A program made the position numbers and the translations under genes. From assembly GCF_048593235.1 (NCBI RefSeq), contig NC_133623.1, positions 56,572,066-56,636,065 on the forward strand: 64,000 nt of DNA, given 5' to 3'. The notes under the pieces were generated by a model that worked only from the letters and a program-made list of their open reading frames with translations, made no database searches and had not been told where the DNA came from. The stretch comes from Sminthopsis crassicaudata (taxonomy: Eukaryota). This document shows positions 46,761-59,449 of the stretch, one piece after another. Each line of letters begins with the position of its first letter. Positions within the stretch are counted from its first letter, which is position 1.

Positions 46761-49039
46761 TTACATATGAAAAAAGAGAGATAAAATGACTTGTTCAGGG
46801 TCACACAGCTGGTAAGCTTCGGAAACAGTTACCAAAAGCCAGCCAATCTCGACCTGCTGAATACAAATTTCATGCTTCCTTATTCTGACTTGAGTTTACT
46901 GCCTCTGAGCATAAAGGCTGCCTAGCAGTTTCCCTGAATCTCGTGGAGTCTTGTCTCAGGGTAAACAAAGACAAAGTGAGACAGTCCTGACCTCAAGGGT
47001 TTACACTATATTGGAAGAGGAAAAGCATTCATGGGATGTTAAATACAAAATATAGTCAAGGTAATTTGGAGGGGATGGGGAACTGGAACAGGCTTCCTGC
47101 AGGAGGAGGCTCAAAGTAGAAGAGAGAAGAAAAATCAAGCATTTTTAGGGATGACAGAGCATGTGTTAAACCTAGAAAGGTAGGCTGGAACTAGATTGTG
47201 GAGAGCTGTAGAAAGCAAATTAATTTAAATTCTATCCTAGACTCCAAAGGGTATTTTAGTCTGAAGAAGAGAAGGCTTGGGGAACATAAGGGAGCTATCT
47301 GGGATTGATGCTGGGAGATCATTTGGTCAGTGGGTCAAGCTCAAACAGAGATAAATGCCTGCCCTGTTACATGTTGACTTAGAAAACCACAAATGAATAT
47401 TATCTATGTAATATCATAGGTCTATTTATTTTGTCACACATTTCCCAATTATATTTTAATATGCTTTGAGGGTGGGACACTTGGGAGTTTTGCAAGCCAT
47501 TTTCTGTCCACAGTGGAGTGTTACACCTCTGTTAATAACTCCCTAAGTTTTACAGTTGAAGAAACTGAGATCCAGAAGAGTGACTTACCTAAATTCAGAC
47601 ACATCATAAGTGGATGAATCCAGTTTTAATCTGGGTACAAATTCAGAGTGCCCTTCCTCCCTCCCCCTCCTTATTCCTTTTCCACTTCTTCTCTGTCTTA
47701 GTTCCTTTCTCTTTCCTTTTTTAAAATTTATTTTTTTAAGAATAAAAGGAAACACATTCTTTCTTTCTCCTCCACCCTCATACCCATTATAAAGGAAGAA
47801 ATTTTTTTTAAAAACCTTTTAACAAATATATATAATCAAGGAAAACAAGTTTCCTCATTGATTGTATCTCAATCTGCATCTAGAGTTCATCACCTTTCTG
47901 TCAGAGGTAGATAACATGAGTCTTGGGGAATCATTGTTGATCTTGGAATTAATTGAATTTCACAAATCTTTCAGAGCTATTTTTTTTTTGCAATATTGTT
48001 ATCATTGCATCGACTGTTCTGCTTCTGCTTACTTCACTCTGCATCAGTTTATACAGATCTTCCCAGACTTCTCTGAAACCATCCCCTTCCTCAGTTCTTG
48101 CACTATAAGGTAACACAATGAACACGATGATGTTATTCCGTCACATAAGTGGATTGCTGGTTCCTCTCGGAAGCTGGCTTCTTCTCAGTGTCTTTCTCTC
48201 TCTTTAGGGCTTCTGTAATGACCAGGATCTTACTTCTATGGATAAATGGACAATGAATCGGGCATTAAATTGAACAGGAAGAGAATAGCTTTAATTGAAA
48301 CTGAGCAGGGAAATTGCTCAGATTCTCTCTTCCCCACCCCAATAAATCAAATTTATTGATCATACATTGATTCTTAAAGTCAGAAAATGGAAAATTTTCC
48401 TATAGATTAGTGAAAGTCATGAGGACCCAATCTTTCTCAGATTCTTAACCATTTTTCACAGTGCTGTTTCATTTACTCTTTTCTATTTTTTGGTCTTTAT
48501 ATTGCTTTCCTTTCTGAATAAATCAGTCCCTCTTCCCTACCTAGGAAACCCCTATGACTAACAAAAGTTTAAAAACAAAGGAAAAAAGTTGTTCTGTAAA
48601 ATCATTCATCAACTGTGCCTTGAATAATATGAACCAATCAATAAGCATTTATTAAGAGATATATGCTGGGTAAAAATGGAGGGCCATCTCAGAGGAAGGA
48701 CACTAGCATTAAAGGGGAACAGGAGATAATTTTGGTAGGAGCTGGGACTTTAAATGTGACTTGAAGGAAACCAGAAAAGTCAACAGTCAGTGATGAGAAA
48801 GATGGGTGCTCCAAAATGGAGGATAGTCAATGAAAATTCTCTGGAGTTGGGAGATGTAATGTTGTCTGTGAAGAACATCAAGGAAGCTAGTGTCACTGAT
48901 TTGTCGAGTGTGAAGAGAGGAATAAGGTATAAGAAGACTGGAAAAGTAGAAGGGGATCAAATTATGAAAAGTTTTGAAATCCAAACAGAAAATCCAGAGA
49001 AATCTTAGAGTTTGTCTGTCAAGAAATGCACAGGAACTA

Positions 49040-50280
49040 TATACAAACATAATTTTAAAAACACTTTATACAAAGATTTAAATAATTTGAGAAAATTTTA
49101 ATTGCACATAGGTATGGATAGCCCTTATAATAAAATAAAAATAATATCTAAATGTATTTATTTATTTAGTGCTGTAGCAATCAAACTGCTAAATAATTTT
49201 TATAGAGCTAAAAAAACAAAACAAAACAAAACAAAATTCATCTGGAGAAAAAAAAAACCCTCAAGAATATCATGGGAATCATTGAAAAAATGGGAAGGAA
49301 GGGGAGCCAGCAGTATCAGATCTCAGACTATACTACCAAGCTATAATCATTAGAACAACTTGGTACCACGTAAGAAATAGAAAGGTTGGTCAGGGGAACG
49401 GCTCAGGTTCACAACATACAGAAGCAAGTAAGACAGTGATCTAGAGTTTGATCAACCCAACAGTTGGGGCAAGAACTCACTATCTGACAAAAACTGTTTA
49501 GAAAAAACTGAAAAGTAATTGCTAGCAGAAATTAGGCTTGGACCAACATCTCACACCATATAAAAAGACAAGTACATAATTTAGAAATAAAAAGGGGGTT
49601 ACCATAAACAATTTAGGGACGCATGCAAGAAAATATCTGTCAAACCTACAGCTAGAGGAAGAACTTGTGATTATTTTAAAATAAAATTTAATAAATTTAA
49701 ATTTAAAGATAAATTTAAAAGTTTGTGCATTGGGGCAGCTAGGTGGCGCAGTGGATAGAGCACCAGCCCTGAATTCAGGAGGACCCAAGTTCAAATGTGG
49801 TCTCAGACACTTAGCGCTTCCTAGCTGTGTGACCCTGGGCAAGTCACTTAACCCCAGCCTCAGGGAGGGGGGGGGGAAGTTTGTGCATGAAAAAACGAAT
49901 TCAGCTAATAATTAGAAGGGAACCAGGAGACTGGGAATAGCTGAACAAATGATGGAAGACTCTTGTGCTGGAAGAAATGAAAAAAGAGATGATTTCAGAG
50001 AAACCTGGGGAAGATCTGTATGAACTGAGACAAAGTGAAGTGAGCAGAAACACAGCAATTCCTACAACAAAAGAATATAAAGACAAACTAAAGATTTAAG
50101 ATTCAGGGACCAATCATGACACCAGAAGACCCATGTTGAAGCATGTTTCATGAGGGAATTTGTTTTGCTTTGCTTGACTATGTGTATTTGTTACTAAGTT
50201 ATTTTTTCCCCCAATGGTTGAGAGAGAAGATTGATTACTGTTAACTACAAAAATAAGATTTAGAAAATGAGTTGAAAAAG
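49040..50280 (+). mobile_element. Decayed LINE-1 (ORF2 C-terminal region + 3' UTR), interrupted by a SINE
   Basis: Translations KFIWRKKKPSRI and VSDLRLYYQAIIIRTTWYHVRNR match L1 ORF2 'FIW...RI' and 'PDFKLYYKA...TAWYW' motifs, with frameshifts. Confidence 0.8.
49732..49876 (+). mobile_element. Near-intact tRNA-derived marsupial SINE (WSINE1-like) with target-site duplication
   Basis: A box TGGCGCAGTGG, B box-like AAGTTCAAATG. TSD aagtttgtgcat at 49719-49730 and 49877-49888. Confidence 0.9.
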
Positions 50281-51309
50281 GAAATGTATGATTGAAAATG
50301 ATAGACTCGTGATGTGGGAAACTGATACTTGTCCTAAGTGCCAGTGCAGCCTGGGAGTGCCCAGAGAGGCTGAGGAGGTTCCAAGAAAAGCAGCTTATCA
50401 GATGGCAATGGACAGGATAGGGAGGGAGTGGATAGGGCTCCCTCTGCACCATTTCAGGGAGCACCCCCATTGATGGGGGTCACAGATCTACTGGTGTGTC
50501 TCAGAATGAGTTCTCAAATGGAAGAGGAATCGGTAGAAAAAAGGAATTTCTTTCACTGGCTCCCGGAGAAAGAAGTAGGAGCTGCAGGGGGATGCTGGGA
50601 AGAGGAGAGGGTCCCTAGAATGTGGCTGGGGAGCCGTGGTTTCCAGTTTCCCCTTCATTGGAGGTTTTTAATAGAGAGGAGACGACCCCTGCCCTCCTTT
50701 CCAGATCTGAGTTTCTGCTTACTCTCCTCCCCACATCCTGCTCCAAATGAGTCTGAGGATCTCAAAGCACCGGATGGAAGTGGGATTAATTCTAGAGACC
50801 TCTCTACAACCTCAGACTTCCCTCATGAACACATCCCCACTCCCCCTCTCTGTTGGGACTTTCAATCCCTTTCCCCAGTGCGGTACCCAGGGAGGAGGGC
50901 CTGAAAGTCAGAGCGGGGGATGGGCGGGGAGGGAGAGCACTGGGAGCCAGCACAGGCACTTGTCCCTGCTCTCCCGCCCAGCTCCCTGGGGCTCTGTGAC
51001 AGCTGGGAGATGTGTGCAGAGGGATGGATGTGTGGATGGATGAGGGTGTGTGAGCTGCCTCAACTTTCCCTGGCCATTCATTTCTGGAGAGTCTCAAAGC
51101 ACTTTCTGGCTCCTCCAGTGGGGTCTGCGATGTTTGGGGGCTTCCCCCATCTCCCAGGGGGGTGTATCTGTGCTAGGGGAAGCCTCGGTACCCAACTGGC
51201 AACGGGCTGGCTGGACCCCACCTCTCATATTCGGGACACCCGGCTGGGCCCGGCTCTCGCGGGCAGGGTGGGGTTCAGGAGCTGTTATCTGCCCGCTCTT
51301 CCCCCCCTT

Positions 51310-51400
51310 CCCTGGGCTGAGTCACTGAGCCCCCCGGGGCGGGCGGGATGGATGAGTCAGGGCCCTCCCCCCACACCCCCATAGTTATAAGACTTGTCCC
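51310..51400 (+). promoter_or_regulatory. LGALS7 proximal promoter: two AP-1 sites, TATA-like element, p53/p63 half-site
   Basis: TGAGTCA at 51318-51324 and 51353-51359; TTATAA 51385-51390; AGACTTGTCC (RRRCWWGYYY) 51390-51399. Confidence 0.65.
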
Positions 51401-51449
51401 AGCCGGCATTCACCTCCCACCACCAGCTAACACCTGCGCAGGCTACACC

Positions 51450-52974
51450 ATGGCCAGCTACGTGAGTGTGTGCCCTGGGGACGGACGGATGGATGGAAGG
51501 GGGGAACATGTGGCTCCCAGCTCTGCCCCCCTCGAGCTCTCCTCTCCCACCCCTTCTCCTTGGCTCTGTCTCCCCCCCCTCCCGTCGCAGGGCGCCCCTC
51601 CCTGAGCTTCGGGCTCACCTCCCATTGCCTGTGCCCCGCAGACCCTCCCTCACAAGGCCGCGCTCCAAGATGGGCTCAAGCCTGGCTCCGTGATCCGAGT
51701 CAGGGGCACCCTGCCGCCCGACGCTAACCGGTGAGTCTGGGGTGTGGAGGGCGGGGCCAAGAGGTGCTGGGGCCTGGGCCATTCACCCCGAGATCATTCC
51801 TGGGGGCGGTTTCGGGGTCCCCTGGGGGGCGAGTGTGTCTGGGGGACTTGGGGCTCCAGCTCCCCTCCTCCCCCCCAGAACTTCCACCTCCGGCCTCTGA
51901 CTCCAGAAGGTTTGGCAGCCGCGAGGTTTGGGCCCAGCGACCCCCTGGCCACCTCCCGCCCGGCCCAGGGGACCCCAGGCTGGACGCCATTCCGTGGCCA
52001 GCCCCGCCTCCGCTTGGGTTTGGGAATCTCGGGTCTGCCCCAGCCCCCCTCCCCCCCCCCCGCCCGCAGCCCCATGGAGGCCCCCAGGCCTCAGCCCACC
52101 CTCCCTGGGAGTCCCACCCAGAGCCTGCCCCATCCCGGTAAGAAGCCCCACCCCCACCCCCGTCCCTGATCCCCTAAAGCCCCCCCCCCGTGGGTGCTGA
52201 CGCCCCCTGCTCTGCCGCAGCTTCCACGTGAACTTGCTGTGCTCGGAGGGCGCGGGGGCGGACGCCGCCCTGCACTGCAACCCCCGCCTGGACTCGGGGG
52301 AGATGGTGTTTAACTCCTTCCAGAACGGCACCTGGGGCCGGGAGGAGCGCAGCCCCAGCCTTCCCTTCCAGAAAGGGCAGCCCTTCGACCTGCTGCTCAT
52401 CACCGCGGACGACGGCTTCAAGGTACCCGCGGGCCTCGGCTCCGGGCGGCCGGGGGGGGGGGGGGCGCTGCTGGGACCGCTGGCCAGCGCCGTCCGGGGG
52501 CAGGGCCGGGGGGGGGTGGGGGTGGGCTGCTGGGACCGCTGGCCAGCGCCGTCCGGGGACGGGGGGGGGCGGGGGCGCTGCTGGGACCGCTGGCCAGCGC
52601 CGTCCGGGGGCAGGGCCGGGGGGGGGCGGGGCGCTGCTGGGACCGCTGGCCAGCGCCGTCCGGGGGCAGGGCCGGGGGCGGCGCCCGGGGCGTCGGCAGG
52701 GACGCGGCCTCCCACGGAGGCTGGGGGATCGAAGGCCCGGGCGGCGGGTCCGGGCGTGCGAGGGGCGCAGGCGTGTCTCCCGCCCCCGGACTGGCCCAGG
52801 CCTCGGGGCTCGGAGCTCGGGTGCGGGAGGCCCGGCTGAGCCGCGCTGCCCCTTCCGCAGGCCGTGGCCGGAGACAGCGTGTTCCACCACTTCCCGCACC
52901 GCGTGCCCCTGCCCCTGGTCCGGCTCCTGGAGGTCGGCGGCGACGTGCAGCTGCAGAGCGTGTCCGTCCTGTGA
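51450..52974 (+). CDS. LGALS7: Galectin-7 (prototype single CRD), 4 exons, 138 aa
   Basis: Exons 51450-51461, 51642-51730, 52221-52422, 52861-52974 (417 nt): MASY-TLPHKAALQDGLKPGSVIRVRG...-FHVNLLCSEGAGADAALHCNPRLD...VFN...WGREER...-AVAGDSVFHHFPHRVPL...EVGGDVQLQSVSVL*. Position next to LGALS4 fits synteny. Confidence 0.93.
52462..52680 (+). repeat. 4-copy GC-rich tandem repeat (~50-60 bp; core GCTGCTGGGACCGCTGGCCAGCGCCGTCCGGGG) in LGALS7 intron 3
   Basis: Core identical in four copies separated by variable G runs. Confidence 0.9.
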
Positions 52975-53056
52975 ACGTCCGGGCCGTCCGGGCCGCGGGG
53001 GGTGGGGGTTTTACTGGGAACGCGAGGCCGGGGAGGGAGGGGGGGCCTCGACACCT

Positions 53057-53062
53057 AATAAA
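53057..53062 (+). terminator. LGALS7 polyadenylation signal (second AATAAA at 53218)
   Basis: AATAAA ~80 nt after the stop. Confidence 0.8.
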
Positions 53063-53539
53063 GTCTTTGTCCCCTCCCACCCCGCTCGTGGCTCTCGTGT
53101 CTGCCTTTCCACCGAGGGATGGGGGGATCAAGGCGCCCCCTTTCCAGGCCTTCCCCTCCCTGCCTAGAGCATCCCGGGACGCCCCCCCACTCCCTCTGCG
53201 CCTGGGAAAAAGATGCCAATAAAAAACCGGGCAAGGGAAGGGGGGTGGGGAGGGGGAACATGGCGGCTGAGGAGCTGGAGACTCTGAGCAGTGTGCCGTT
53301 TCTGCAGCCCCCTGAGGTTTCCGAGCCCTTATACATCGTCTCACATAGTCCCCACAGCAACCCCTTGAGGGGGTCACATTTTACCGCTGGGGAAACTGAG
53401 GCTCAGAGAGTGACCTTTCGGGGTCACACAAACTAGCAGGTGCAGTGAGGGGGGTCAAGCCGAGGTCTAAGCTCCAACTCTGAACAATGACCCCCTTTCT
53501 CCCCCCCCCCTTCCATGGCCGCTTTCTCCAGCAGGGCTG

Positions 53540-53800
53540 TTAGACAGACCGTTAGAGCTGAAAGGGACCTCAAGGGGCTTCTGCTCCAACCTTAGTTTTA
53601 CAGATGAGGAAACTGAGGCAGAGGGAAGGGACTGACCCAGGGTCACACAGCTAGGGGTTTGCCGTTTCCTGCTCAGATTCATTTCACAGATGAGGAAGCT
53701 AAGGTAAACCAGCTTAGGTGACGTGCCCAGGGTCACAAGGCTACTCCGAGGCATCGGCGGAATTTGAACCCAGGACCTGAGACTCTTGCTCTTGCTCTGC
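53540..53800 (-). mobile_element. CORE-SINE (MIR/Mar1-like) fragments
   Basis: ttttacagatgaggaaactgaggc...cccagggtcacacagcta core, twice. Confidence 0.65.
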
Positions 53801-56049
53801 CCACTCTGCCAGTCGGCAGTCCGCTCTGCCTCTGATTTATTTTGTTCTGTGTAAATGCCTGCGTGTTTGTGGGCCTGGAGACCGAGCTCCGCTTCTTGCT
53901 TCTTCCACTGGGCATCAGAACCCCAATGCTTGGGGCACACGGGGAGAACCTAGGAGCAGCAGAGGCTCCAGACCGCCTTGTGCTCCCCGGGAGGAAGCGG
54001 AAGGGCAGAAAGCAAACATCTCAAGTGAAATCCCCACAGGGTCTCCCTGCCCCCTTTTGAGACCCTGAGCCTGGAGGCTCCCAGAATCCTGCTGGGTGAT
54101 GGGGAGAGGGGCAGGGCCAAGCTCTGGAGGGTCTACAAGCATTTCCACTAATGCTTCCATGGAAGAAGAGGGCAGAGGGAGGGATCATCACCTGGGAGAG
54201 TGACATCTCCCCATCCCCACCCCTGGGAACTGTGAGGTTCCGTCGCCAGATCCCCAAGGGGGCAGCAGGGCAGGAAGACCCGGTTCCTGCGCCCAGATCA
54301 CCTGGACTTGCTGCCCCCACACATTCCCAGGCTGAGGACCTTGAGGCCATTGGAGTTTCCCAACAGTGTCTGTCCCTCCCTCAGAGGGAGCTGGCTGCCA
54401 CCCTCCTGCCCGGCTTTCTGCTCAGGTCACCCTCTAGAGCTGAGGAGCAGAACTCGAGGGGACAGTCCCCCCACCCCCACCCCCAGGGCCCTGGCACAAG
54501 GTGGTAGTGGTGGCTGGGTGGCAAGGACAGTCAGAGTCTGCTCAGATGCCAGCCGGGGCCAGGAGGAGGAGGAGGAGGAGGAGTGTGTGGAGAATGAAGG
54601 TTTCCCTAGTTGGGATTGCAGCAGACAGCCAAGTTTCCCGTGGGAAACTGTGGGTTAGCACGGTCTCAGATCTCTCTGATGGCTCTGATGGGCTGGAACG
54701 GACGGAGTGCGGCAGGGCCCTCCGTGGCCTGCGTGGAGCATGGCACCACCAGGCCTTCTGGAGTGGGAATGGGACATGTGGGGGAACCCCGGGAACAGCC
54801 CCCCTTTTCCCAGCTCCCCTCGGGCCCGTTGCCAGGGCTGATCCTCCAAGCTCTGGCACTCCCCAGCCAAAGGCAGGGAAGCGATGCCCAGCCCCCATTC
54901 TGCCTTCTATCCATTCTTGGGCTTTTATGGGGAATTGAGGGCCATCACGGCCACCCTCACCCCCTATATATATCTTCTGGGGAGCCAGGGACAGGAGACT
55001 GGGACACCCACATCCCCCAGAGCTAGCATGGCTGGAAGCTGAGTGCTGCCCCATCCCACTGGTCTGCCCTTGGCTGCCCCCTCCCCTCGGGCTGCCTCAC
55101 AGGCTCCTCTCCTGGGGAGAAGCCCCTTCTCCCTTTCTCTCGGTGCCCCAGCCCATCCTGAACTGGAGATCAGATAACCCTGGCCACACTCAGCCCCTAA
55201 TCAATATCCTCCATGTGCTCCCTCTACTATGTCCTCTGGGACTCTGTTCTGTGTGGGTTTGTTATCATTAAATACATCTTATTGCACTCTTTTGTTTTTA
55301 GGTCACCTATATTTCTCCCATATTCCTCTCCTAGCTTCTTTTTAATTCCTTTTAATGTTTTTTTTTAAGACAAAAGTCCCATAAAACCAACATATAAAAC
55401 CCTATTCCCTATTCCACAGCCATGGGGCCCCACTTCTATCCTCATCTGTTAAGTCATTCTAGAGTTCTTTCTATTGTCTAGATCTCCTTCCACATTCTGT
55501 GGCTCACCGAGATCCACCTTTCTCCTTAATCTACTACACCTCTTGGCTTCCACTCCCAAGCCGGCTGTTGCTGTTCTTGCAGGCTCCTGCACTCAGGGCC
55601 AAGGGAAACTGGGCCGCTCTGGGCTTACCACCCTCTCCCTCTGATCCCACTGGCTTTAGTTACCCCCTCTCTTCCGTTAAAGCCCCCTTCATCCTGTTCA
55701 CGTTCCTAGTGCTGGCAGCCATGGACTCCCCCAGTCACTCTGGCTTCTCCCTGAGCAGTTCAGTTATTTGTGACTCCCAGAGAGCCGGGGCTACCCAGTC
55801 CTGGAGAGCTGGCCAGGAAGCTGGAATTTAGGGCCCAGTCCAGACACGTACTCCTTGCGTTTCTCTGCACATTTAATTGCTCAATTCTCCCATTTCCTAG
55901 TCTTTCCTTGTCCGTGAAATGCTGTGTCTCTGTGTCTGTGTCTGTGTCTGTGTCTGTTTCTCTTTTTACTTCTATTAACTTCTTTCAAAACTCAGCTCAA
56001 ATTCCATTTTTTTTAACCTGTCTCCCTTACAGCTTCCTCCCCTCTGAGC

Positions 56050-56930
56050 AAATTAAAACAAAACAAAGCAAAACTTTTAACATAGAGACACACAGATCAA
56101 TGTTTTGTAGTTTTTTAAGTCCTGCGTTGGCAATATCCAAAAACAAGCGTTTCTTTTTGCATCTTTAAGTTCACCACCTTTCTAGCTGGGGGTTGGGCTT
56201 TCATTTTCCATCTTTTGGACTCGAGGGTTATTACCATGTTTTTCAGAGTTCTGAAGTCTTTCGGCGTCGTTTTCCTGGGCAACTTTGTTTGTGTTTACGT
56301 CAACTTCCTGTTCTGCTTCCTTTGTATCAAGACATTCCAGTCTTCCCAGTTCCCTTTGAAATGATCCATTTCATCATTTCTGATGACACAATAATTTTAC
56401 ATTACATTAACATACCATAATTTCTTTTTTTATGAAAGCTTTTTATTTACAAAGCATATGCATGGGTAATCTTTCAACATTGGCAAAACCTTCGGTTCCA
56501 ATTTTCCCCCTCCTTCCCCTTCCCCCCTAGATGGCAGCTAATCCAATATATGTTAAATATGTTGAAATACATGAAATCTAATACATGTAAACATAGTTAT
56601 ACAATTCTCTTACTGAACAAGAAAAATCAGATCAAAATGGCAAGTAATTGAGTAAGAAAACAAAATGCAAGAGAACAACAACAGAAAGAGTAAGAATGCT
56701 GTGTCCCCACGGTGCTCTCTGGGTGTAGGTGGCTCTCTTCATTACAAAACCATTGGAACCGGTTTGAATCATCTCGATGTTGAGAAGAGCCACGTCCAAT
56801 AGAATTGATCATCGTATAGTCTTATTGTTGCCTTGTACAATGATGGTTCTGCTCATTTCACTCAGCATCAGTTACTATTAATTTCTTTCCAATTTTTAGC
56901 AGCTGCTATAAATAATTTGGCACAAATAAT
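56050..56930 (-). mobile_element. Antisense L1-type 3' fragments
   Basis: T-rich tails followed by segments similar to those at 46300-46750, 47700-48110 and 59450-60210. Confidence 0.55.
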
Positions 56931-56964
56931 TCTTTTCCCTCCTTCTTTAATTTTTTTGGGGAAA

Positions 56965-57210
56965 ACACACATATATGTATGTATGTCTACACAAACACAC
57001 ACATAGACATATATCCTATATATATATATATATACTTACACATAGCATTTATAGTATAATGTATATATTCTATATATACACATACACACAGAATACTATA
57101 ATGTGTATATATATATATTTGTTATATTCCATAAAACATATTATATATGTATTAGGCCTATTATATTAAATACAATACACATGTACAACATACACACACA
57201 CACACACAAA
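56965..57210. repeat. (TA)n/(CA)n compound microsatellite and low complexity
   Basis: tatatata and acacacac runs. Confidence 0.85.
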
Positions 57211-57599
57211 CTCTAGCAGCTAGTGTTACTGCTGGTTATGATCATGCTAACCAGAGTGATTTAAGGTTGACGATATATCATCTCATTTGATCCTCATCTA
57301 ACAACAGCTCTCAGAGGTCAGTGTTGCTATCATACCCATTTTATAGGTGAGGATGTGAAAACTGACAAAGAAATATCTGATCTAAAATAAGTATCAAGAA
57401 CTTAGATGTTCTGACTGCAAGGTCCAAGCTCCGTTCAGTGGATCCCATTTGGAGACTGCCCCAAAGAAGATCATTGTCTTCTGGGGCTTATTGACCACCC
57501 AGGCAGTTCAGATGGTATTGAGAAGCCAAGAGCATCTGTTTTCTTTTCATCATCGGGAAACCATTCCCCCCCCCCCACTCCATACAGCTTAGGATGAAT

Positions 57600-57965
57600 T
57601 GATCAAATATTAAATAAATATTAATATTTATTCTTTATTAATAAGTATATTTATTATATTATTATAGAATTTATTTTATTATTATTAATAATAAATTACT
57701 ATTCTTATTTAAGATAAATAAGAATATTAATAATAAAGCATGACATTTATTAAACATTCTGTTTTTGACACACACCCCTGTAGCTTAGAGGTAGTTCACT
57801 TCCTCAGGCTCAGGTCTCTTCCCTTGGTACCCAGAACCTCAGACATTTTCTGAATTGAAATCACTATTTATGAAATAAAATTTATTTAATAAAAATACAT
57901 AATAAATAATAAAAAATAAAAGTAAAATTTATTTAATAAATACAAATTAATACACATTAATTCCC
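57600..57965. repeat. AT-rich low-complexity tract
   Basis: Two nearly pure A/T blocks (about 57605-57755 and 57865-57960). Confidence 0.75.
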
Positions 57966-58559
57966 TTCCCCATTGTGCAAACTGGCTTCCCAGAGTTTCA
58001 GGAAGGATGAGAAGATTTCCTGAACTTACACAGAGCAGGGACATTTACTCCCATTTACTGCCACTGGATAAAAGTTAAATGGGGCAGATGGAAAGCTTCC
58101 TGGCTGAGCAATCCCTCCCATTCAGAGTAGCTGATTTGATTGCGTCATGGCTTAAAGTCTGCTCCCACGTTTTCTGCATCCCACACTCTTGCTCACACTG
58201 CTCTGGCCCTGACATCTCCCTTCAAGAAATCCATAGTAGAGGGAGAGAGGGAATTATAGAGCAGGTGAAGAGGAAAAAATAAATTCGGGGCAGATTTCCT
58301 CCTGTCTTATTCTTGCAAAAAGGACCTGACACAGGGCCCTTCCTGCACTAGAAAATTGGAATTTGCTCTGCAGTTTGGTTCAGAATTGTTCCAGACTTCT
58401 GGGGGAGAACCGTTCAAAGGGGTAATGAAAATAAAGGCAATCACACACTATTCATGTGGAAAAGATGAAAAGGTATCGCTTAAATCACAGTGCACAACCC
58501 GGGGAGTTCAGACTTAGCTGGATAGCACTAATCAATGGGGTGGCAGCTCAACTAGATCC

Positions 58560-58900
58560 AGAAAGCAGTCTCCGGCGGAGCATCCCAGGGAGCTGCTCTC
58601 AACCCTGTCCTGTTAAACATTTTTCTAGCAGCGTCTTGGATAAAGTCATGGATGACTTGCTTATCAGATTTCCCTATGGTCCAAAGCTCGAAGGGTTAGT
58701 TGACACACAGAGTTTGGATTCAAAAAGATCTTGGCAGGCTAGAGCATCAGCCAGAAATGGGTAACTGAATTTAATCAGGTAAGAAGTCTTAAGTTTAGGC
58801 CAGAAAAATCATTTTTGTAAATACAAGACGACTAGACATGAACAGACAGAAGCTTATCTGAAAAAGATTTGAGGGTCTTAGTGGATTCGAAGTTCTCCAG
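58560..58900 (+). mobile_element. Ancient CR1/L3 LINE reverse-transcriptase remnant
   Basis: Frameshifted translations GASQGAALNPVLLNIF, LDKVMDDLLIRFPYGPKLEG and IQKDLGRLEH correspond to CR1 RT motifs GVPQGSVLGPVLFNIF, ...KFADDTKLGG and IQRDLDRLEHW. Confidence 0.85.
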
Positions 58901-59449
58901 TTTGGGAGCATGTTTTGTGTGTGGACCTGGTGGGATATGCAGAAAGGCAGTGTGTCGTAGTGGTTAGGGTTCAACAATCCCACCTCTGATACTCATTGTC
59001 TGTGGGACCTGGAAATTTAACAAGATTTTCTGAGTCTTAGTTTTCTCATCTGAAAAATGAGCTGGGAGGAGATAGATGATCTCGAGGTTCCTTTCATCTC
59101 CAAATCTTTGATCTCATAGAATGATGGGTGGGCCCCCAGATAGCTGAACAAAATAGTTAGATACATGGCAGGATTACAAACTCACCTGCCTTGAAGGGAG
59201 GACTTCCTTCTCCCTCCCTCCCCTTATTGTGCCCCAAATCCTCAGAACCCCCTATTCCTCCCTTCGGCTTCTCTTTTAACCATTGTCCGATTGGGAGTCT
59301 CGGAACAAGACATTGTGTAAATACAATAACCGACAAAGCTTGTACATCACAAAAGACATTTTTGTCAAACAAGATGCATTATTTGTGTGGCAGAAGATGT
59401 GCAGTATTTATCCAAGAGATCCAACATTTGTTTTTTGTTTTGTTTTATT

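Noticed and set aside
51783-53377. 423-aa and 319-aa minus-strand ORFs antisense to LGALS7
   Set aside because: Pro/Arg/Gly-rich shadows of very high-GC sequence and the intron 3 repeat.
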